DNA of 64,000 bases, from NCBI GenBank assembly GCA_051870055.1, contig JBJEBM010000040.1:697-64696 (forward strand), read 5' to 3'. Made by a program: the position numbers and the translations under genes. The notes below the pieces were generated by a model. That model made no database searches. It was not told the origin of the DNA and saw only the letters and a program-made list of their open reading frames with translations. Source of the DNA: Candidatus Cryptobacteroides sp. Its GTDB lineage: Bacteria; Bacteroidota; Bacteroidia; Bacteroidales; UBA932. Below are positions 57,714 to 64,000 of this stretch, piece after piece (the stretch's first letter is position 1; every line of letters begins with the position of its first letter).

Positions 57714-59357
57714 TCAAAACTTTATAAGAGGTTTGTTCAGGGCTTCCTTCAACTGCCTGTCATATCTCAGGCGTGCCTTGATGCCGCTCTCCTGGTAATA
57801 ATAGCGTGTGGCAATCTCCTCCTCGATGAACGGAATGATTTCCTGTTTCTTGAGCAGGAGGAAATCCCTTTTCTCGATATCCAGGCATTTCTCCATAGCC
57901 TCGATCTGCGGCTTCATCTGCCCGGCCATTCCGTCCTTCTCCAGCTCTTTCTTCATCTGGTCGAACATTGCCTTGGCAGTGGAACGGTAATCGAATTTCT
58001 TGTCCAGTGCGTACTGGATAAAGTCCTCGTAATCAGAGTCTCCGAAATGGAAATCCTCCAGTGCCGGGATTGTCTCGTGCTTCCTGGCATACTCCAAGGC
58101 GTACTGGTCGATAATCCCGTTCAGTACCAATGAGTAAACGAGCCTGCTGTAGCTGGTCGAGGTCAATGTGTCGTCAGGGGTGATTCCTCCTCCGTCGCGG
58201 ACCGGCCTGCCGTGCGCTGTCCTGAATTCAGTGGTCAGCGAGTCAGGGATATGTCCTACGCTGCCGTCCTCGTTCCTGTTGCTGTAGTCGATGGCCTGGA
58301 TGCACCTTCCGCTTGGCGTGTAGTATTTGGCTGTGGTGACTTTGAGCTGGCCGTTGTATGGAAGCGGGCGGACACTCTGGACAAGGCCCTTGCCGTAAGT
58401 CCTTGAACCGAGAATGGTGGCCCTGTCAAGGTCCTGGAACGCTCCTGAGACAATTTCCGAAGACGATGCGGTGCCGGAGTCCACGAGTACAACGATAGGG
58501 ATTTCCGTGTCAACCGGGTCAGTGACTGTCCGGTATTCCTGACGGGAACCTTCCCCGAGACCCTTGGCGGAAACCACGAGTGAGCCCTTGGGAACGAACA
58601 GCGAGACGATGTTGACAGCCTCCTGCATCAGGCCGCCTCCGTTGCCTCTCAGGTCAAGCACCAATTTCTTCATTCCCTGTGCCTTAAGCTTGAAATATGC
58701 GGCCCTGACATCTTCTGAAACTTTCTCTGTGAACCCGGTCTGGAGGATGTAGCCGGTGGTGTCGTTCAGCATTCCGGCGTACTCGACGTCAGGCAGGTGG
58801 ATGCGCTTGCGGGTGATTTTCACCTCCACGGTGTCGCCTGCCTGCCAGGTCTCCCCGCCGAAAGACTTCTTCACTTTGAAAACCACATCTGTCCCCGGAT
58901 TGCCCTTCATCCTCGACGTGGCCTCGTCAGCCAGCAGGCCGATGACGGACTGGCCGTCAATGGCCACTATCTCGTCTCCGCAGCGGAGTCCTCCCATCTG
59001 CGCCGGTGAGCCCATATATGGCTCATTTATAATGACATTGCTCTCTCTCCCTGGTTTGTAGATGATGGCTCCGATGCCTCCGTAAGTCTTGCCTATCATA
59101 AACTCGAAGTCTTCGTTGTCCTCTTCCGGAACGTAAATGGTGTAAGGGTCAAGGTTCTCGAGCATTGCCTCGATGCCTGCCTTCTCAATCCGGTCCAGGG
59201 GCAGTGAATCCACATAAGACCGGTTGAGTTCCTTGATGATGGCGTTCTGGATCTCAACCCATTGTCCGAGTTTGAAGTTTTTCGACTGGCCCTGGGCAGG
59301 AACTGCCATTATGATAGCCGCTATTGCGGCAATGATTGTCTTTTTATACATGTTCAA
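57714..59357 (-). CDS. S41 family C-terminal processing peptidase (CtpA/Prc) with PDZ domain
   Basis: LDPY, YGGIG, LDLRGNGGG, TASSSEIVSG..QD.DR, GKGLVQ and YYTPSGRCIQ motifs. Confidence 0.93.
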   Translation of the reverse strand: MNMYKKTIIAAIAAIIMAVPAQGQSKNFKLGQWVEIQNAIIKELNRSYVDSLPLDRIEKAGIEAMLENLDPYTIYVPEEDNEDFEFMIGKTYGGIGAIIYKPGRESNVIINEPYMGSPAQMGGLRCGDEIVAIDGQSVIGLLADEATSRMKGNPGTDVVFKVKKSFGGETWQAGDTVEVKITRKRIHLPDVEYAGMLNDTTGYILQTGFTEKVSEDVRAAYFKLKAQGMKKLVLDLRGNGGGLMQEAVNIVSLFVPKGSLVVSAKGLGEGSRQEYRTVTDPVDTEIPIVVLVDSGTASSSEIVSGAFQDLDRATILGSRTYGKGLVQSVRPLPYNGQLKVTTAKYYTPSGRCIQAIDYSNRNEDGSVGHIPDSLTTEFRTAHGRPVRDGGGITPDDTLTSTSYSRLVYSLVLNGIIDQYALEYARKHETIPALEDFHFGDSDYEDFIQYALDKKFDYRSTAKAMFDQMKKELEKDGMAGQMKPQIEAMEKCLDIEKRDFLLLKKQEIIPFIEEEIATRYYYQESGIKARLRYDRQLKEALNKPLIKF

Positions 59358-59379
59358 TAGAATTCCATTTTAACACAAT

Positions 59380-59421
59380 CGTCCCGCGTGTTGTGCCTTT
59401 TGGAAAGACAATAGCGGGACG
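59380..59421. terminator. Hairpin between the DUF2442 and S41 peptidase genes
   Basis: cgtcccgc...ttgt...acaa..gcgggacg. Confidence 0.45.
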
Positions 59422-59440
59422 GAAACTTGTAGCCGGACAA

Positions 59441-59674
59441 TTATGCCTCAGGCAGAGCTAAAAGATATTCTGGCGCGAAATCCGCTCCGTTTTCCCATTC
59501 CACAGTATTGTATTTGACGGAAAATCTCTTGAAAAAGTCCAAGTCCTTCAGCGGCTCGAATACAAGACCGTTTAGTGATGATTTAAGGTCAACAACTTTA
59601 GTGACGTTATTGTTGAACCACAATTTTATGCGGTACCCGTCAATGTATTCTGCCCGTGTTACTTCAATAAACAT
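59441..59674 (-). CDS. DUF2442 protein (putative antitoxin)
   Basis: 77 aa from MFIEVT; L.F.N....VD, G.VFEPL.D...F..F and T.EW.NGADFAPE.L motifs. Confidence 0.85.
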   Translation of the reverse strand: MFIEVTRAEYIDGYRIKLWFNNNVTKVVDLKSSLNGLVFEPLKDLDFFKRFSVKYNTVEWENGADFAPEYLLALPEA

Positions 59675-59682
59675 TTCTATTT

Positions 59683-59940
59683 TTATTTGAGAGGTTCTAT
59701 TTTGTCCAACGGCATCCCGTTCTGGGCTTTCTGCCAGTTGTCCATGAGTTCGTCGCGGTGCAGTTCCATCCATTCCATAATCATCTTCAATGCTCTACCC
59801 GGCATCTCGCCTTTTATTACGCCATCTTTTATACTTATGATAACTTTATAGTCACCGTACCATGCGTGAAAATGAGCCGGCGCATGATCAGCGAAATTCA
59901 TCAGAATAATTATTCCATAAAAGAAACTTATCTGCGGCAT
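59683..59940 (-). CDS. DUF4160 protein (putative toxin)
   Basis: 85 aa from MPQISFFYGI; H.P.HFHA.Y, W...H..EL..NW and I.PL motifs; TATATTTG box at 59968-59975. Confidence 0.88.
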   Translation of the reverse strand: MPQISFFYGIIILMNFADHAPAHFHAWYGDYKVIISIKDGVIKGEMPGRALKMIMEWMELHRDELMDNWQKAQNGMPLDKIEPLK

Positions 59941-60080
59941 ATTTTTTCTTTTAGTAAATATCAGCAGCAAATATAGTGCAAAACAGAAGCAGAACAAAAT
60001 TTCTTTTTGCGGTCCGTCCATTTGGAGAATCCGGGAGGAATTGATAACTTTGCGCCGTATTAAGAAATATTGAAAGCAGT

Positions 60081-60731
60081 ATGACAAAAATTGTTTTTGC
60101 AACGGGCAATAGCGGAAAACTGCGAGAGGCATCAGAAATTTTAGGCGGGGCATTTGAGCTCGTTACCCCCGTGCAGGAAGGAATCCTTGAGGAGATTCCG
60201 GAGACAGGCATCACCCTGCGTACCAATTCTTTACAGAAGGCCCAGTACATTTTCGACCATACCGGCGGGGCCAATTGTTTTGCAGATGACACAGGTCTTG
60301 AGGTGGACATTCTCGGAGGCGCTCCGGGTGTCTGGTCCGCCCGTTACGCAGGACCTTCCAAAAGTAATACGGCCAATATGGCTAAACTTCTGAAAGATAT
60401 GGAGCTGCGTGAGACCGAGGCTTCTTTCGCCAGGGAATTCGGTATTGACACTGTCAATGCGACACGCCGCGCCAGGTTCAGGACTGTGGTGACATTGATT
60501 TTCAATGGCGAGAAGCATTTCTTCGAAGGTGTTATGGAAGGCCGCATCGCCAGGTCAAGAAGTGGAGAAGGCGGTTTCGGCTACGACCCGGTGTTCATTG
60601 CCGATGAATATCCTGACCGTTCAGTGGCCGAGCTTGACGAGGAGACGAAAAACGCCATCTCTCACAGGGGCAAGGCTTTGCGCGCTATGGCGGAGTTCCT
60701 TAAAAGCTCTGCTCCGCAGCCGGAGAACTGA
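60081..60731 (+). CDS. rdgB: Non-canonical purine NTP pyrophosphatase (RdgB/HAM1)
   Basis: ATGN.GKL.E, ADDTGL....L.GAPGV.SARY, GFGYDPVF, KN.ISHR motifs; TAACTTTG box at 60045-60052. Confidence 0.93.
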   Translation: MTKIVFATGNSGKLREASEILGGAFELVTPVQEGILEEIPETGITLRTNSLQKAQYIFDHTGGANCFADDTGLEVDILGGAPGVWSARYAGPSKSNTANMAKLLKDMELRETEASFAREFGIDTVNATRRARFRTVVTLIFNGEKHFFEGVMEGRIARSRSGEGGFGYDPVFIADEYPDRSVAELDEETKNAISHRGKALRAMAEFLKSSAPQPEN

Positions 60732-60759
60732 GCGCCTACTCTTATAACCAGCAGATGAT

Positions 60760-61410
60760 ATGACATCCGATGATAAGGTCATAGTCCTGAACACCACCAA
60801 ATTACGTGAAAACTCAATTGTCCTTCACACATTGTCCCGCACTTACGGGCGCAGGAGTTTTCTGGTCAGGGTCGGGACTAAGGCAAGGATGTCGTTCTTT
60901 CTTCCGCTCAATATCCTTGAAATTTCAGTCACGGAAAATCCGCGGTCTGATCTCTGGTGCGCCAGGGTGTCCGGAGCCGCATTTCCGCTCAATTCCATCC
61001 GGAGTGACATCTACAAGAATACGATGACTCTGTTTATGTCCGAGGTGCTATTCCGGACTGTCCGGGAGGGCGCTTTGGAGGAAGGCCTGTTCGAATGGTG
61101 CGAGAAGCAGATTCTGACTCTTGAGGCGCTTGATTCGGATTTCAGCAATTTCCATATCCGTTTCCTGCTGGAGCTCTGCATTGCTCTCGGTTTCCGGCCG
61201 GAGGCTTCCGACTTGCTGCCGTTCAGCGGTGACAACCAGGATGTCATAGAACAGTTTATGCAGTCGTCGCTGCCCGGCTCGATGCTTATTCCGCTTTCCG
61301 GTGCGCTTCGCAATGAGATTGCCGCCTCAATCATCCGTTATCTCGAATTCCACACCGAATCCACCATTCACATCCGCTCCCTTTCCGTACTCCGCGAACT
61401 TTTCGGCTGA
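60760..61410 (+). CDS. recO: DNA repair protein RecO
   Basis: N-terminal OB-fold pattern IVL...K..E...V....R..GR, F.PL..L, D..K....LF.SE.L and LGF.P motifs. Confidence 0.85.
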   Translation: MTSDDKVIVLNTTKLRENSIVLHTLSRTYGRRSFLVRVGTKARMSFFLPLNILEISVTENPRSDLWCARVSGAAFPLNSIRSDIYKNTMTLFMSEVLFRTVREGALEEGLFEWCEKQILTLEALDSDFSNFHIRFLLELCIALGFRPEASDLLPFSGDNQDVIEQFMQSSLPGSMLIPLSGALRNEIAASIIRYLEFHTESTIHIRSLSVLRELFG

Positions 61411-61683
61411 TTCTTTCGGGTCTGTATTGCGCCGAAGGCCGCTCCGTACTACGGCATCTGTGGGCGCAAAGGCTGGATATGGTTCGGTCCCGGATCGGAG
61501 GACAGTCCGTTGCGCTTCTCGTTCCGCGGTTTTGACAAGGACGGCAATCTCTTATGTATTGTGGACCCGTCTCTTCTGTCGGGGCTGCCGGACAGCATCC
61601 GTGCCAAGGTCACTGATCCTGACGTTCTCGCCAATGCCGAACCTGAAGACAACTATCTGATTTTCAGGCTCCGGCTCGAATAA
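61411..61683 (+). pseudogene. Startless 90-codon open frame, probably the C-terminal remnant of a Bacteroidales beta-propeller lipoprotein gene
   Basis: Stop-free frame ending ...DPDVLANAEPEDNYLIFRLRLE*, with no ATG; contains the left copy of the 59-bp repeat. Confidence 0.45.
61542..61600 (+). repeat. 59-bp direct repeat, copy 1
   Basis: cggcaatctcttatgtattgtggacccgtctcttctgtcggggctgccggacagcatcc; identical to 62420-62478. Confidence 0.95.
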
Positions 61684-61695
61684 TTTCTGCAAGAT

Positions 61696-61757
61696 TAAAT
61701 AAAGTTTTGAATGGTTCACTTTTTTAGTGAATTATTCAAAACTTATTTATATCTTTG
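61696..61757 (+). promoter_or_regulatory. higBA promoter with long palindromic operator
   Basis: agttttgaat-gg-ttcact-N5-agtgaa-tt-attcaaaact palindrome directly before TATCTTTG (61750-61757). Confidence 0.65.
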
Positions 61758-61775
61758 CATCGAAAATTAAAGGTT

Positions 61776-62093
61776 ATGATAATAAGGTTTGGTAAGGACT
61801 ATTTAAGGGTGTTGTATGAGGAAGGGCGTTGTCCTGATAAAAAGCATCGTTTTCAGCCTTCTGTAATAGCAAAATATCAAAAGAGAGTAGATATTCTGAT
61901 AAGTGCAACACGGAAAGAGGACTTATTTCCATTGAAATCCTTGAATTTTGAGTCGCTTTCTGGTGATAAACTCGGGTTGTTTTCGATACGTGTGGATTTG
62001 CAATATAGACTCGAATTTGAAATTGAAGAGCAAGATGGCGAATTTCATATAACTATTTGCACCTTGCAGGAATTGTCAAATCATTATAAATAA
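61776..62093 (+). CDS. higB: HigB/RelE-family toxin (plasmid maintenance killer type)
   Basis: M.I.F....L..LY, SLNFE.L.GD..G..SIRV..QYRLEF and ELSNHY motifs; upstream of its antitoxin. Confidence 0.88.
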   Translation: MIIRFGKDYLRVLYEEGRCPDKKHRFQPSVIAKYQKRVDILISATRKEDLFPLKSLNFESLSGDKLGLFSIRVDLQYRLEFEIEEQDGEFHITICTLQELSNHYK

Positions 62094-62100
62094 TATAATT

Positions 62101-62412
62101 ATGAAGCCAATGAATCATTTGCCAATACATCCCGGAGAACTCCTGAAAGAGGAACTGGAGGTTCGTGGAATATCTCAAAAGGATTTTTCCCGGAAAACAG
62201 GGATTCCATATACTATGCTCAATGAAATCTTGAATTGCAAGCGTCCTGTAACAAGTGATTTGTCATTGTTGTTTGAATCAGCGTTGGGTATCAATTCGGA
62301 ATTGTTGATCAATATGCAGACACGCCATAGTCTTGCAAAATCCCGTCTGGAGCCATCAATGGCCTCAAGGATATCAAAAATCCGTCAAGCTTGCGCCGCC
62401 TGGCTTCTATAA
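62101..62412 (+). CDS. higA: HigA-family antitoxin (HTH-XRE)
   Basis: PIHPGELLKEEL..RGISQ and LNEILN.KR motifs. Confidence 0.9.
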   Translation: MKPMNHLPIHPGELLKEELEVRGISQKDFSRKTGIPYTMLNEILNCKRPVTSDLSLLFESALGINSELLINMQTRHSLAKSRLEPSMASRISKIRQACAAWLL

Positions 62413-62419
62413 TCAAGCC

Positions 62420-62478
62420 CGGCAATCTCTTATGTATTGTGGACCCGTCTCTTCTGTCGGGGCTGCCGGACAGCATCC
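62420..62478 (+). repeat. 59-bp direct repeat, copy 2
   Basis: Identical to 61542-61600. Confidence 0.95.
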
Positions 62479-62489
62479 ACGCCCCGGTC

Positions 62490-63932
62490 TCATTTGAAAA
62501 GATCATCGAGGCTGAGACTGATGTTTACTGCCCGGTTGTGGACAGACTCTGCCAGCCCTTGAGAAGTTATCATCACGAACAGGAGGGAATGTGACGGCTT
62601 GTGGCGGGCAGAGGCTTTGAATGCGCTGATTTTTCTAATGATGGATTCTTCATAATTACCTGTTATGAGATATCTGCTTTCAGAAAATTTCATCTCGCAG
62701 ACATAGTCTGTCCTTTCCGCCGGGGACGGGATGACCATATCTATTTGAACTCCCTGGCCTTCAGGCGTCATCCCGGACCAGCAGTATTCTTTGTCGGCAT
62801 ATTTGACCTGAAGACCTTGTTTAATCTGGCGGATATGCTGGGTGCACAGCAGCTCGAAAGTCCTTCCGCTCCAACTCTCGTATTCATAAGAGCGTTGGAA
62901 ATAGTTCCAATCACGGCCGGAATGAGAACTTTTTACAAAATTCAGATAGAACAGTGTGAAGAAATCACATAGCTGATATACAGTCTCTTTCCTTTCTTTT
63001 CCGTAGCGTGGATATTCCCTGATAATGCCGCATTCTCTGAGATTGTCGATTATTTTGGTGAATGTCCCTCCTCCGCTTATTTTCGTGGCATCCAGTATCT
63101 CTTTCCGCGACATTCCGTAGAATTTTCTGCCCAATGCGCAAACTACATCTATGTATCTTGATGCGGACTGGAACAAGCCGGCATAGACATCCGTGAATTC
63201 CTGGTCAATGTTCTTGTTTTCGAAATAGAAACTGTTGATGTTCTGTGTCAATGTCCTGCCGGGTGTCATCCTGTCCATATAATATGGTATTCCTCCTATT
63301 GCCATATGGCACAGGGCAATTTCATAATCTGACATCAGAAATCCACGTCTGTTATAATATTCCCGGCTTTCTCCGAGAGTGAAAGGGGATAGGAACATTT
63401 TCTCTGTCAGCCTGCTGTGCAAGCCACCATAATCCCTGATGATGTTGTCGAGCATCCAGCTTGTCGCGGAGCCGCATACGATTAGTAAAATGTTTCTCTG
63501 TTTTACCGCCCAGTTGTTCCAGAAGAAACCCAACTCTTCGACAAGTTCAGACGACTGCGGTCCGGCCATCCAGGGAAGTTCGTCAAGAAAGATGACGATT
63601 CTTCTGCTGGTATTCTTTGAAAGAAGTATCCTCAAAAGCTCGAAGGCTGCCATCCAGTCTTCCGGCTCTTTGTATTCAGGGCTCAGGCCGTACGCTAAAA
63701 GATTGCTGTAGAAATGTTTCAATTGGATTTTTCTCTGGCTTGTCTCAGGGGATTTTGAGAATATGCCCACTGCGGAGAATGCGATTACTCCCCGGAAAGC
63801 CTCATCGACAAGATAGGACTTGCCGACCCTTCGCCTTCCGTAAATGGCGAGAAACTCGGACTTGTCGGAGTTATACAGCCGTTCCAATGTCCTGACTTCT
63901 TCCTTTCTGCCAATGATTTTATCCGTATTCAT
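62490..63932 (-). CDS. ATPase_2 (archaeal-type) AAA ATPase with C-terminal PD-(D/E)xK nuclease-like domain
   Basis: IIGR..E, YGRRRVGKS (Walker A), IFLDE.PW (Walker B), CGS, GGIPYY and QID...CEMK motifs. Start MNTDK at 63932, with a TATCTTCG box at 63949-63956. Confidence 0.85.
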   Translation of the reverse strand: MNTDKIIGRKEEVRTLERLYNSDKSEFLAIYGRRRVGKSYLVDEAFRGVIAFSAVGIFSKSPETSQRKIQLKHFYSNLLAYGLSPEYKEPEDWMAAFELLRILLSKNTSRRIVIFLDELPWMAGPQSSELVEELGFFWNNWAVKQRNILLIVCGSATSWMLDNIIRDYGGLHSRLTEKMFLSPFTLGESREYYNRRGFLMSDYEIALCHMAIGGIPYYMDRMTPGRTLTQNINSFYFENKNIDQEFTDVYAGLFQSASRYIDVVCALGRKFYGMSRKEILDATKISGGGTFTKIIDNLRECGIIREYPRYGKERKETVYQLCDFFTLFYLNFVKSSHSGRDWNYFQRSYEYESWSGRTFELLCTQHIRQIKQGLQVKYADKEYCWSGMTPEGQGVQIDMVIPSPAERTDYVCEMKFSESRYLITGNYEESIIRKISAFKASARHKPSHSLLFVMITSQGLAESVHNRAVNISLSLDDLFK

Positions 63933-64000
63933 CGTTTCTCTTTTTTTGCGAAGATAATGAATTTTTTCGGTAAATAATGAAAAATCAGCCAAAATGATTG

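Noticed and set aside
59941-60153. Long N-terminal extension of the DUF4160 ORF
   Set aside because: It overlaps rdgB and the divergent promoters; the domain starts at MPQISFF (59940).
60400-60465. Insertion of about 18 aa in RdgB (RETEASFAREFGIDTVNA)
   Set aside because: It lies in a variable loop, catalytic motifs are intact, and nothing suggests a new function.
61542-62478. 59-bp repeats as a CRISPR array, tRNA-derived att site or IS ends
   Set aside because: Only two direct copies, 878 bp apart; no cloverleaf, cas gene, integrase or transposase.
62391-62594. 67-aa ORF after higA
   Set aside because: A by-product of the second repeat copy; it overlaps higA and the ATPase gene.

Overview
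This is 64 kb of Bacteroidales chromosome. The assignment rests on the SusC/SusD pairs, the TAnnTTTG -7 promoter boxes and the DUF4271-hemD-rnpA-yidD gene order; a gut or rumen lineage is an inference. Housekeeping genes (hemD, rnpA, yidD, nagB, mdh, an S41 peptidase, rdgB, recO) are interspersed with three SusC/SusD loci and two further TonB-dependent receptors. Three of these transporter loci have an ECF sigma/FecR pair. The most notable items are: (1) a cassette (membrane AraC, Ntn-hydrolase lipoprotein, two paralogous lipoproteins with leukocidin/VCC-like beta-pore-forming stem motifs) sitting between an ECF sigma and its likely FecR; (2) an FMN riboswitch controlling a stand-alone TonB-dependent receptor, a candidate riboflavin outer-membrane importer; (3) a G9 tract that frameshifts the lipoprotein signal peptide of the first gene of a SusC/D-GDPD locus; (4) a peptide deformylase with a lipoprotein signal; (5) an AT-rich higBA module flanked by perfect 59-bp direct repeats. 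No rRNA, tRNA, CRISPR array, transposase, integrase or reverse transcriptase was seen. All family calls come from motif recognition by eye, not from database searches.
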